A DNA stretch of 64,000 bases, taken from NCBI GenBank assembly GCA_051294375.1, contig CM119263.1:4759737-4823736 (forward strand). Reading direction: 5' to 3'. The notes under the pieces were generated by a model. That model was given only the letters and a program-made list of their open reading frames with translations, did no database searches and was not told the DNA's origin. The stretch is from Paraspadella gotoi (lineage: Eukaryota; Animalia; Chaetognatha). How positions within the stretch are numbered: the stretch's first letter is position 1; each line of letters opens with the position of its first letter. This document shows positions 34,683 to 47,642 of the stretch, one piece after another. The position numbers and the translations under genes were made by a program.

Positions 34683-36299
34683 CTCTCTCTCTCTCTCTCT
34701 CTCGCTCTCTCGCTGAAGGGAAGAGAATTCTTGATTCGGTTTTTTCCCGCCAAATTTAGTCCATTGAACGAGCCAGGGAAGATTCCGGATCCATCCTACA
34801 GCTCCTCGTTGCGTAACGTGCCTGTCATCACTCCGATGTTAAATCGACATTAAAAAATGGCGACCCGGAAATGGGATCGAGGGGAACGCAAGTCAGAAAA
34901 TGACTGAATGAGGAAGATTCAAAATATCAGGGATTTCGTTTAGGGAAATTTTNNNNNNNNNNNNNNNNNNNNNNNNNNNNNNNNNNNNNNNNNNNNNNNN
35001 NNNNNNNNNNNNNNNNNNNNNNNNNNNNNNNNNNNNNNNNNNNNNNNNNNNNNNNNNNNNNNNNNNNNNNNNNNNNNNNNNNNNNNNNNNNNNNNNNNNN
35101 NNNNNNNNNNNNNNNNNNNNNNNNNNNNNNNNNNNNNNNNNNNNNNNNNNNNNNNNNNNNNNNNNNNNNNNNNNNNNNNNNNNNNNNNNNNNNNNNNNNN
35201 NNNNNNNNNNNNNNNNNNNNNNNNNNNNNNNNNNNNNNNNNNNNNNNNNNNNNNNNNNNNNNNNNNNNNNNNNNNNNNNNNNNNNNNNNNNNNNNNNNNN
35301 NNNNNNNNNNNNNNNNNNNNNNNNNNNNNNNNNNGAGAGAGAGAGATATATTTTTTTTCCTCCACATTTTATTCGTTTTTTCCTTTTTTTCGTTTCTTTT
35401 TTTTCTTTTTTATCTCCTTATTTTACTTTGACTCTTTTCTCCTTCTTTTTTAATTTATATTCTATTTTGCAGTTGAATTCGTTAAAGTTATTCCTATTCT
35501 TTTTCGTACATTTCACTCTTTGTTTTTGACGTTAATTAAGAGCAAATTTTTCTATGGTGATATCACACTATGACACATCGAGTGATATCACACAATGTCA
35601 CTCGATATAGCCTCTATTTTATTCTCCTGGTTTTTACCAATTTTTCTTTTAACTATTTTTATTTCTTTGGCAGGAAAACCGAGTCTGTTTCTCATCTCTC
35701 ACGTCATTAAATATATTTTTTTTAATTTAATTTTTTGTTTAAAGTTTCTCACTATTTTTTTTCTTAATTTATTTATCTTCGAATTGGGAATCGAAACTTT
35801 TCTTCCATCACATCTTAATTTCTTCCCATCGTAACGACGACGCTTCGCCGCGTTTAACTGCAGCCGCCGCCGNNNNNNNNNNCGCCGCCGCCGCCACTCT
35901 GTCCCACCACAGCTCCACCTCCTTTTAAAATTTCATTTGTGTCCCGCATTTCTTAGTTAATGACTGCAATTTCGACAAGAAACTATAAAAATGTTAACAA
36001 GGAAAGTAGCGGTGACTGAAACCAGAGAAGATTCTTACTTCTTTTTTTTCTTCTCTTTTTTGGCGAATCAGTTACATTCATTTTTTTTCGTATTCAGATA
36101 AATATTTTTTATTTGTGAGTATTAAACCCCCAAAAATTAAATATACGAGCCTAGTAGTATTTATTTTCTTTTCTTGTCTTTCTTACTTTTTTTCTTTTCC
36201 TTCTTTTGGCTTCCTTTCCTTTTAAATTTCTTAACTTTCCTTTCCTCTTCCCTTTACTTTGCTTCGTCCGATAACCGTTTTAAAAACTAATTCTGATTC

Positions 36300-36300
<1 letters not shown>

Positions 36301-36387
<87 letters not shown>
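36301..36387. repeat. (TC)n microsatellite
   Basis: Perfect dinucleotide run. Confidence 0.97.
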
Positions 36388-36390
<3 letters not shown>

Positions 36391-39300
36391 CGGCCGATGC
36401 TCTTTTGTCGATTCCCTTTTCCGCTGCAGCGACAACGACCGCAGCGCCGCGTCCAACGAGCGTTAACTTCCGGAATTACTTTTCGATGAATGCTCTCGTG
36501 AAAAAAAAGGAAAGCCGGAAAGGGAGAGGAGAGAAAGGAAAGGGAGGAAGAAAGCAAAGGAAGGAAAGGGAGGGAGAGAAGGAAAGAAAAAGAGATAAAA
36601 AAGGTTGAAAGATATGTTGGAAGAAAAACTGGAAAGAGGAGAAAAAGCTTAGAAGGAGAAAATAGAAAGATGATGATGAATAAAGAAAAGAAAAAGGATA
36701 AATGGAGCAAATTTAAAAAGAAATAGACGGGAAAGAAAAGAAGAGGAGAGTGGAAAATAACGAAAAGAGAGGATAGTTAGAAAGAGGAGAGAGGAAAGAA
36801 AGGAATAAAAAAAAGAGGAAAAAGTAAGAGAAAGGAAAAAGAGAGAGGAAAAAGTTAAAAGAAAAAGAAAGGAAAAGGAGAGAGGAAAAAAAGGAAAGAG
36901 TGAAATGAAGGAAGAGGAGAGAGGAAAGGAAAAAATAAGAAAAAAGAGAAAAAAGTAAGAAAAAGGAAGAAGAGAGAGGAAAAAGTTAAAAAAAAGGAAG
37001 AGAAAGGAAAAGGAGAGAGGAAAAAAAGGAAAGAGTGAAATGAAGGAAGAGGAGAGAGGAAGAAGTGGAAATCCGTTTCGGAGAAGCTTTTATTGATGCA
37101 GTAAAAATAACTAATCTCGCCCCATTTTAATCCTCTCTCTCTCTCTCCTAAACCATCGCTGCTCTCTCTCTCCATCTCGTCGTCTCTCTGCTCGTCTCTC
37201 TCTCGTCTCGTTCTGCTCGTCGCGTATCATGCTCTCTTTACGCGCTTTTTGGATGAAAACGCGTTAACTTGAAAAGAAAAAGTGGTTCTAAAAAATTTTT
37301 TGCACCTCATTTTCATATACTTGATTGTTTTTTCGTTTTCTTTTGTTTTTGGTTGACGCTGGCGTTTTTCGTGTGTAAGATAATAGTACAATTAATAATG
37401 AGGGAGCATTGTGAATGAGCAAGAAAAGGATAAAACCTCCATAAAAAAACTTCGTGAATCAAATAATCTATCCTAATATGCGTCGCTTTCCTGCTCTTTG
37501 ACTCCGTTATCGTCCTCTTCATACTCTTTCTCTTCTCCTCTCTCTCAATGACCGTCTCTCTCTCTCGTCAGTCGTCTGTCTCTCTCTCTCTCTCTCTCTC
37601 TCCTCTATCTCTCTCTCGTCTCGTCTCTGATTTTTTTTTTTCCTCACTTCTCTCTCTCGCCTATCCGTTTAATTTCTCGTTGTCTTGTCAAAGAAAACTG
37701 AGGGCCCCTATTTCTTTATGTTCGCAACTCCTTTTGTTCTTCGGACGACATGTTCAGGATTAAGAATGGAGAGAAACACCTAGAACAGAAATAGATGGAA
37801 AGAAAAAAGAACGAAAAAGAAAGAAAGAAAGGAAAAGAAAGAAAGAGAAGAGAAGAAAGAAGAAAGTAGAAAGATGAAGAAAACAGAATGAGAGAGACGA
37901 AAAAAATTAGAGACAGAGAGGGCAAGAGGCAGAGGTGGCTGGGTGCAAACTCAGCAGCCCGTGGGTTATTGTTTCGCTCCTCTCATCGCAGCAATTTCTC
38001 ACGCTGCGGAGGTCAAAGCAAAGAGTTTAAGATAAATACTCGTCGTCGTCGTTTCGTCGTCGTCCGGTCGTCATTAGTCGACGGTCGTCGTCGTAGTCGT
38101 CGTATTCCGTCTAGCTGTCGGTTTTTTATTGACCTGCATTTAACCCTGCGAACAGACGAAGGCAAAGACGGGTAATATGTCAGAATGACCCAATAACATT
38201 CGTGTTAGTGCGCATTGTCATAATCGTCAATTTAAAGTCTTTTTTTTTCAAAAGAATCATCGGCCCATGGTTTACTGTCACTTATTTTGTCATTTCTCTA
38301 ACCATTTCGAAATGTCATCGCTTCTCCATGCATTATTTTGTCATCTTACATATCCGCTGAGCCTTTGAAGCTCGGAAAAAAGTTCAGTGTCTTTTTTAAC
38401 ACTTCGTTCCGTATATAAGGAACGATTCAACGATTTTGGACCGATATACTCTCCATTTTGACTCGTGTCGCCATCCTGGTCGTACGTCTCGTATTTGACG
38501 TCATACGTTGTCCTTGTCGGTTCTTGTTCAGTGCCGTCATGCGCTGTCGTTTGTTATTGCCATTTGCAATTCGTGTTCGCATTTTTCATTGTACTCGTAC
38601 GTGTTGTTTGTTATCGGCTGCGTTTTTGTCGCATCGTCGTTGTTGTCCCATTAATATCTGGCGAGTTTGTTCATTCTGCATCATAATTGTTTGGTTTTTA
38701 TCACCGACTAGTATTCGATAACTTCGTTATCCTCTAGTCGTCGTCGTCATCGTCTTCGTCACAACGCGTTTATGACGTCGTATGTCGTTTTCATCATGGT
38801 CGTATCGATCATTCTTAACCCTCGTCATTGTGCGTCGTTATCATAGTGTCGTCGTCCCCTCATCGTCGTTCATCGCGTCTTCGGTCATCATCGACGTCGT
38901 TATCTTGTTCTTCGGTCGACTCTATCGGTCGTCGTCACCGGAGGTCGCATTGCAATCGGAGGGTGAAAAGGGAAAGGCGACGATAATGAACAAAGATTAT
39001 AGTTAGCGTCCGCAGCTGTTCTCTCTCGACGCTGTCCACCGGTCGTCTGGCTGCCTGTGTCTCTGGCTACAGATGGCATGTAGANNNNNNNNNNNNNNNN
39101 NNNNNNNNNGAAAGAAAGAAAGAAAGAAAGAAAGAAAGAAAAAGAATGAGAGAGAGAAAAAAATAGAGACAGAGAGACAGAGAGAGTGGCGGGCAAACTC
39201 GCGCTGGGTTTTTCCTCCTCTCATCGCAAAATCTCTCCTGCGGAGACAAAGCAAAGATTTAAATAAATATCGTCGTCGTCGTTGTCGTCGTCGTCGTCGT

Positions 39301-40380
39301 CATTGTCGACGTCGTCGTCGTAGTCGTCGTTTCCGTCTTAGCTGTGGTTTTTATGACCCATTAACCGCGAACATAATTGTCACAATGACAATAATCGTGT
39401 TAGTCGCTGTCATAATCGTCATTTAAATCTTTTTTTTTCAAAGATCATCGCCCATCTGTCATTATTTTGTCATTTCTAACTCCGAATGTCATCGCTTCTC
39501 CATCATTATTTTGTCATCTTAATATCCGCTGACTTTGAAGCTCGAAAAAGTTCAATGTNNNNNNNNNNNNNNNNNNNNNNNNNNNNNNNNNNNNNNNNNN
39601 NNNNNNNNNNNNNNNNNNNNNNNNNNNNNNNNNNNNNNNNNNNNNNNNNNNNNNNNNNNNNNNNNNNNNNNNNNNNNNNNNNNNNNNNNNNNNNNNNNNN
39701 NNNNNNNNNNNNNNNNNNNNNNNNNNNNNNNNNNNNNNTTCTCATTTGACTCGTCGCCATCTTGGTCGTCGTCGTCGTATTTGACGTCATAGTCCTTGTC
39801 GTTCTTGTCATCGTCATCGCTGTCGTTGTTATTATTCAATTCGTCCATTTTTCATTGTATTTGTTGTTGTTATCCTCGTTTTTGTCATCGTCGTTGTTGT
39901 CATTAAATCCGATTTGTTCATCGTCGTCGTATTGTTGTTTTTATCACCGATGTATTCGATATAGTCGTTATCCCAGTCGTCGTCATCGTCTTCGTCACAA
40001 CCGTTATCGTCGTTGTCGTTTTCATCATGGTCGTTATCATCTTTCTTAACCTCGTCATTGTCGTCGTTATCATAGTCATCGTCGTCCTCATCGTCGTTAT
40101 CGTCTTCGTCATCATCGTCGNNNNNNNNNNNNNNNNNNNNNNNNNNNNNNNNNNNNNNNNNNNNNNNNNNNNNNNNNNNNNNNNNNNNNNNNNNNNNNNN
40201 NNNNNNNNNNNNNNNNNNNNNNNNNNNNNNNNNNNNNNNNNNNNNNNNNNNNNNNNNNNNNNNNNNNNNNNNNNNNNNNNNNNNNNNNNNNTCTCTCTCT
40301 CCCACCGAACGGAACCCCTTTTTTGTTTACCATTTGTTTACATTCCCTTCGCGAACGTGATTCCTGTCGCGCGGTTCCAT

Positions 40381-40420
40381 GTCACGTGACTTCCGGTCCC
40401 CCCCTCCGGCGTCACGTGAT
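40381..40420. promoter_or_regulatory. Candidate CLEAR/E-box plus ETS composite: GTCACGTGACTTCCGG...GTCACGTGAT
   Basis: A perfect GTCACGTGAC palindrome overlaps ACTTCCGG, and a second E-box lies 30 bp away. Function is inferred only. Confidence 0.4.
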
Positions 40421-40761
40421 GGAATATTTTTTCGCGGTTCCATTTTTCGATCTGGTTCGAGTCCGTCGGTTTTTTTTGTTTTTCCTTTCGTTTTGTTTGT
40501 TTTTTTTTTCTCTCTCTCTCTCTCTTCTGTTTTTTTCGAGATGAAAAATTATTTTTGTTTACTCGATCACATTTTCGCTTCGTTCGTGTTCAAACTCCCG
40601 ATAGAACTCACAACGACAACAACAACAACGTGAAAATCTACAACAGCAACTGGCCTCCCTCGAGGCAAAACGCGAAGAGACGAATGATGAGGATATACGG
40701 ACGACGACGACGACGACGACGACGACAACGATTAATATTTTCAGCTTCGCTTTTTACTCAC

Positions 40762-40839
40762 CAGGTGGTTGAGGCTTTCTGGTCGCCCAGTTGGTTCTGA
40801 TTTGTCTATTGCATATAACTTGCCCGTTCATGCCTTGAA
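40762..40839 (-). CDS. TIA1: TIA-1/TIAR-family exon encoding the end of RRM2 (5' part in the N gap)
   Basis: Translates [25 protein letters not shown]+G with a GTGAGT donor at 40761-40756; cf. TIA-1 [25 protein letters not shown]. Confidence 0.93.
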
Positions 40840-41081
40840 NNNNNNNNNNNNNNNNNNNNNNNNNTCGTTCCTTTTCTCACTCTCTCTGGTTCACTTTACT
40901 TTTTTTCACTCAGAAATCCTTCTCTTAACTCGCATTCCAAAACTAACAAAAATAACTTTTACTACGCGAGAAGGAAAAAAGTAAAGAAAAAAAATTATAA
41001 AAAAGGGGCATTGTGTTGGTGTGTGCCTTAGCTAAGAAATTTCTAAATGGTGACCCCTTTAGAGTGTCAGACCGCATCATG

Positions 41082-41169
<88 letters not shown>

Positions 41170-44100
41170 ATCTTTTCGGCTTTGGATAAAAACGGGTTTA
41201 TTGAAAGAAAAAGTGGTTGCTAAAAATTTTTTCACGCTTTTTCATTAATATTATTTTTTTTTTTTCTTTTTTTTGGTTGCGCTGTGCGTTTTTTCCTGTG
41301 TAATAATAGTAATAATAATGGGGAGACATTTGAATGAAACAAAAAAGGATAAAACCCATAAAAAAACCTTCGGTGAATAAAATAATCTATTAATAGGCAG
41401 TTACCGCTTTCTCGCGCTCTTTAATCTCGTTATCGTCACCCCTCTCTCTCTTTCCTCATCTCTCTCGTCTCTCCGTCACTTCCCCTCCCTCCTTCTCTCT
41501 CTCTCGGTCTCTCGTCATGCTCTCCTCTTCTTCACTCTCTCTCTCTCTCTGCTCATCTCATTTTTAATTTTTCGCTCACTCTCTCCTCTCGCTAAATCTT
41601 ATTTTGCGTTTCTTGTCCAAAGAAAATGGGCCATCTTTGTTCGCACATCTTTTTTCTTACGGACCGACATGTTCCAGATAAGAAGGAAGAAAATAGACAG
41701 AAATATGGAAAGAAAAAAGAAAGAAAAAAAGAAAGAAAAGAAATAAAGAAAGAACGAAAGAAAGAAAGAAAGAAAAGAAAGAAAGAAAGAAAGAAAGAAA
41801 GAAAAGAATCGAGAGAGAGAAAAAAATAGAGACAGAGAGACAAGAGAGTGGGGCGGGCAAAATCGCGCCTGGGTTTTCCCTCTGCTCATACGCAAAAATC
41901 TCTCCTGCGGGTGAAGGCAAAGCAAAGAATTTAAATAAATATGCGGGTCGTCGCTCGTCAGTTTTGTGTCGTCGTCGTCATTGTCGACGTCGTCGTCGTA
42001 GTCGTCTTTTTCCGTCTTAGGCTGGTGGTTTTTAATGACGGCCATTAACCGCAGAACGGGATAAATTGTACACAATGAATCAATAATCGCGGTCGTTTAT
42101 GTTACCGCTCGTGCAATAAGATCGAATGAGGCCATTTAAATGCTTATGTTTTTTTCTCAACAAAAGTCATCAGCCGCATCTGTCATTATTTTTGTCACGC
42201 TCTAACTCCGAGTGTAGACATCACTGTTCTCTATCATTGAGTTTTTTCATATTTAATATCCGCTGGAACTTTGAAGCTCGAGAAAAGTTCAATGTGCTAT
42301 TTTAGCTTCGTCGTTATAGACGATTTCAGCGATTTGACCGTTATTCCCTGCATTTGACTCGTCGCCATCTTGGTCGTCGTCAGTCGTCGTCGTCGTCGTC
42401 ATACGTCCGTCGTAGTCGTCGTCGATCGTCGTATTTGACGTCATAAAATACCTTGTTCGTTCTTTGTGTCATCAGTCATCGCTGTCATGTGTTAATTATT
42501 CAATTAGTTCCATTGGATTTCAATTGTATTTGTTGTTGTTATCCCTCGTTTTTGTCATCGATCGTTGTTGTCATTAACATCGCGATTTGTTCATAGCGTC
42601 GTCGTATTGTTGTTTTTATCACGCAGATGTATTCGATATAGTCGTTATCCCAAGTCGTCGTCATCGTCTTCGTCCACAACCGTTATCGTCGTTTCGTTTA
42701 TCATCATGGTGCGATATATCATCTTTCTTTAACCTCGTCATTGTCGCCGTTAATCATTAGTCATCCGTCGTCCTCAATCGTCGTTATCGTCTTCGTCATC
42801 ATCGTCGTCGTCGTCGGGTCGTTTCAATCGGAGGGGAAAAGGAAAACGACGATAATGACAAAGATTGACAGCGTCGCAGCCTTTCTCTGCTCTCTCTCTT
42901 CATCATGCATCTCTCCGTCTGCCTCTCTCATCTCTCTCGATCTCTCTCTGCGTTATCTCTCTAGGCTGCTCTGCTCTCTTCTCTCCGGCCCGAAACGGAA
43001 CGCGCCTTTTGTTTACCAATATTGGTTTAGCATTCTCGCGAACGTGAATTCCTTGTCGCGCGGATTCCATGTGCAGCGTGACTTCCGGTCCCCATCCCTC
43101 CGGCGTCACGTGATGGAAATATTTTTTCCGCGGTTCCATTTTTCGATATGGTTCGAGTCCGTCGGTTTTTTATTTGTTGTTTTGCCTTTCGTTTTGTTGT
43201 GTTTTTTTTCTCCATCTGCATCTCTCTCTTCTGTTTTTTTCGGAGATGAAAAATTATTTTTTTTGATTTACTCGATCACATTTTCAGCTTCGTTGCGTGT
43301 TCAGAACTACCGCGATAAGAAACTCACAAACGACAACAACAACAACGTGGAAAAATCTGCAACAGCAGACTAAAAGAGTAAGAGTGAAAATATGAAAAAG
43401 GAAAGCAAAAGAAAGAGAGAGAAGAAAGAGAAAGAGAGAAGTAAAAATAATAAAGTAAAATAGAAAACTTTGGTACTTTGTTACTCAATAACTCGAAACG
43501 TGATAGATTTTCTCTCTTTTGATTTTGAGGCAAATATCCAAATAAAATGTGAGTAATATTACGAATCAATATATGAAATTGGTACAACCAATATAAAAAT
43601 TATCCATTCATTTAATAAATAAGCTATCTTGCCCCTGACTTTGGACAGGCTTTGGTGGTTTAAGGCCTCCATCACTCTTACAAGATAATGACATAGCAGG
43701 TCCCTGCAAGCTTTCAATCAAGACTCTCTCACAGTCTCGTTTATTCACTCCCAGAGTACCTGGCTTCCCTATCAATGAAGTGGTATAATATTATATATAT
43801 ACATACAATACAAAATATCCACATACAATAATAATAATAGTAATAATACATATACGAAAAAGAAACTCGATAAAATCTAGTTAATATCCTGTGCCGAATT
43901 CGTATGAGAAAGTCATTACTTTTAAGTCATGGACGCCATTTCACTCTCTTCGTTCCAAAACGAACTCCGATGATTGTAACACGAATAATTCGAAATTTAC
44001 TTACGCTCATAACTACTCCTCCCCCCCCACAACTCTTGTGAAATTCACAGGCGTCAAATATTAAAACCAGAAAATAAATTCTCACAGGTTTTTTTCGTTT

Positions 44101-44443
44101 TCTAAATCAAAATCAAAATCAAAATCAAACTAAAAGAGACGTTTAACTTTAACCCTTCCAGTTTCTAATTACACTTTGCCATCAAACTAGAAACAATTTA
44201 GCGTCATAAGATCTTAAAACATAAGATGATTAACCGTTTCATTCTTTCACAACTTCTCTCACAAGTAAAACAGATAACTTTCATCACCCTTGCATCCTCT
44301 TCGTTTTTATCCCGGGCTTGGTAAAAAAACCGTCACCCCTGGCTTGAAAAGACGTTCATTAAAAAAACGAGTTTTTTAATGCGAATCTGAGGACGAAGAC
44401 TTTGAAGAAAATGAAAAGTCATTTTCTAAGAAGCGGTGACGCT

Positions 44444-44583
44444 AGTCGAGTGAGATCTCAAAACAGTCGACTGAGAAGTTACAACAGTCGAGTGAGAAGC
44501 GCCACAGTCGAGTGAGAAGCGCCACAGTCGACTGAGATGTCACTACCGTCGAGTTAGATGTTTTTCAAGTCGAGTGAGATGTC
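44444..44583. repeat. 20-21-bp minisatellite CAGTCGAGTGAGAAGCGCCA, about 7 units
   Basis: AGTCGA(G/C)TGAGA recurs every 20-21 bp. Confidence 0.85.
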
Positions 44584-45087
44584 GAAATACAAAACATTAA
44601 ACTCATTACAGTCGATTGTATCACCATTGCTGATAACGATGTCAATAAAGATGTCATTCATGACATGGAGAAGAAATGTCATGGATATCACAAAAAATAA
44701 TCTCACTGACAAAGAGGTTCTCGATATCTTTGCTGAATCAATCAATTCTGATTACTGATAACAAAAATAGGAACGACGTCACTGCCTCCTGGCGACCATC
44801 ACCACTGGATGCCATCAGGGCGTGATAACTTTGCCACTAGGACCGTGCCACCATCCACCGCCGCGGCGTTGTCACATTCACGCGGCGTCGTTTCCGGCGT
44901 CTACGTCAGCGGCGTCACTTTCACAATCGGCATCGTCAAGTGATCCCGTTATTCGATATCGTCTCACTGTGACTCGTCGTGAGAGGAAGTGAATGAGAGG
45001 TCACACAGTCACGAGGTTTCTCAGGTCGTCCCTTTTTATTGTGAGACAGGAACAACAACGACAACAAAACCATAGCAAAGAAAGTTG

Positions 45088-45159
<72 letters not shown>

Positions 45160-45556
45160 CATCCTCAGAGCTGAAACATTTCTCATGGCATCTTTTAATT
45201 AATCGAAACAACATTAAACCCGAGACAAGATCTTGCGACGGAAAAATCTCTCTCTCCTCTCTCTCTCTCTCTCTCCTCTCTCTTCTCTCTCTCTTCCTCT
45301 CTCCTCTCTCTTCATCTCTCTCTCCTCTCTCTACCTTCCACTCTCCACTTCCTTCTCTCTTCTCTCGTCTCCAAAAGGCATAAAAGAGCGATTAAAAAGC
45401 CGAAGGGAGAGAAACCAGTTGTTGTCTGGAGAATAGAGAAGTGAGAAGAAGGGAGTCTATTGATCGAATATTAGCGAAGGGATTATTTTCTTAGACGAGG
45501 CATTTATTTAATTTTTTTATTACTATTTACTTATTCGTTAAAAGAGAGAGACTCAC

Positions 45557-45632
45557 CAATTTGCTTTCGAAGGAGACGAAGCCATATCCTTTGCTCTTCC
45601 CAGTCGCCGGATCCCGTAAAACTCGGCAATCC
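45557..45632 (-). CDS. TIA1: TIA-1/TIAR-family exon encoding RRM2 RNP1
   Basis: TTTTCAG acceptor, 76-nt exon, GTGAGT donor. Translates [25 protein letters not shown]; cf. TIA-1 [25 protein letters not shown]. Confidence 0.95.
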
Positions 45633-46648
45633 CTGAAAATAAGAAAAGACAATTTAATTTATAAAAGCGACAACCGATCATTTTATTATTTATTTTTGGC
45701 AATGACGATTAAAAAAAAAATATTTCAAAAAAAGTATCTTTTTTTAGATTAAACAAAATTAGAATTTAAAAAGTATGGTTTAGAAGTAAAAAGGTTTCAA
45801 AAGTTAAACAAAGCTGAAGTATTTAAAAAGCAAAGGTGAACTTAAGTCATTTTTTTTTTAAATTTTGTCAAAAACTTTTTTATTTTGATCTTCGAATTGA
45901 AGACAATTATTATGACCTCTTCCGATAAATTGAACTGAAAATAATTTAAAGAAAACAACATTTGTAACTTTTTCAAGGAATTAAATATAATGATATTGAA
46001 TGAAATGAATTAAAATAGAAACAAAAAAGTTAAATGCCCAAGAAGGCGATGAAATGAAATTAAACACAAGAAAATAATATGAACAGCTGGCTGGATTTAA
46101 TTTTAAAAACAAAAAAAGTATTGTAAGCTAATTAATTTAGCATTAGTTGAATGAAAAACCATTTTTCCCCCCCATCTCGTTTGAATTTGACGCTTTAAAT
46201 TTGGAACAACAAGATACAGAGAAGGAGAACGGATGAGAACAGGAGGAAGAACGAAATAAAGGATGAGAAAAGGATAAAAGGAACTAAGAGTGATGTGTAT
46301 GTTCCACACTTTGTAAACGATGTTTAGCGCTAAAACGAAATGACGACTTGAAGGAAATAGAAAGAGAGAATTAAAGTAAAACGGAAAAGAAAACTAAAGG
46401 TAATCGTGGATAAGAAGATAAGCTGAAGACTAAGGAAAAGGGAAACTAAATAGATAGGGAAAAGGAAAAGAAAGGGAAAATGAAAAGAAACGAAAAAAAG
46501 AGAAAGAAAAATTGAAGGCAAAAAGGGAAAGTCAGGGCAAAGGAAATAAAAAGAAAAAAAGTACAAGTGATTCAAATGTGTTCCGCCATCTTTGTCTTCT
46601 TCCACCGTTTCCATCTCATCCCGAGGCAAACCCATCCCGTCTTGATCA

Positions 46649-46825
46649 CCCTTCTGTTCCCATCTCTGTCCCCATCTTTATCCCCATCTCTTTCCCTATC
46701 TCTGTTCCATCTCTTTCCCTAACTCATTTCCCATCTCTGTCCCCTTCTCTATCCCTATCTCTGTTCCAATCTCTGTCCACATCTTTTTTTCCATCTCTAT
46801 CCCCATCTCTTTCCCCATCTCTCCC
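46649..46825. repeat. 12-bp minisatellite CCCATCTCT(G/T/A)TC, about 14 units
   Basis: Regular 12-bp period. Confidence 0.85.
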
Positions 46826-47611
46826 CCCCCAAATCCGCCTTCCCTCTTCCCCACCCATCGCCTCTCCTACCCAGCCGCTGCAGAACCGGAGATCAAGGCC
46901 GCGTTTTGAAAGGCCAATCGCCGGAGGTCATAAAAGGCCAACGGACGGGAGGTAAGAGAGGAAAAAGAGGGTTGGGTCATTGGGAAGGGTAAGTTCGGTT
47001 TGACCGATCGTGGATGAGGTGAGAGATGTGATTTGAGGCTCTGACGGGTCGGTGAGATTTTCGAGAGTGAATGAGTGATCACGACGCGCGATTGTGATTG
47101 TGATTGTTAGTCTTAAAAGAGATCTCACAAAAGAAAAAGAATTAAGGCGGGAAAAAAGAATGAATTTTTGAAAGCACTGATGTCATGGGACGAATCTAAA
47201 CATGAAACTTAATTTGGAATCTTACCATGGAATATTAACATAAAATCTTAACATGGACGGAAAAATAAGAAAATGTGGAAAATATTAAAGGACAGAGAGA
47301 CAAACAGACAGATCGAGACACGTCCCAATCAAAGGTAAATACGGATGTAGACTGAAAAAAAGACAATCTGTGCAGACAAAATGATAGACGGGCTCACGAA
47401 CAGACACAGACAGACAGACAACCAGAAAGGAAGATGAATTTTGAATTATGAATTGTTTTCATCATTTCCTGAATCATGCCAATCTTTGAATTTACTAATA
47501 ATATATCTATTTTCTCCTCTCGTCACTCCTCTCAATGCTCTCTGCTCTCAGCTCTTCTGTGCTCGCCTTCTCTTGACAACGACTTCTCTCTCTCTCGTCT
47601 CTCTCTCTCTC

Positions 47612-47642
<31 letters not shown>

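Larger units (their letters stand above)
37221..43370. repeat. Overlapping triplicated segment: 37221-39005 (noisy), 39110-40650 (clean), 41072-43370 (noisy)
   Basis: Shared anchors: AAAAAATAGAGACAGAGAG (~37900/39157/41821); CCGCTGA..CTTTGAAGCTCG (38354/39525/42260); GAAAAGGGAAAGGCGACGATAATGA (38965/42836); GTCACGTGATGGAA (40411/43105). Confidence 0.88.

Noticed and set aside
43640-43720. tRNA/SINE-like TGGTGGTTTAAGGC
   Set aside because: No B-box (GTTCGA) and no cloverleaf.
44444-44583. CRISPR-like short array
   Set aside because: Contiguous 20-21-bp units without unique spacers.
46875-46951. Plus-strand AG...GTAAG exon candidate containing EIKAAF
   Set aside because: Opposite strand to TIA-1, a stop follows in that frame, and there are no partner exons.
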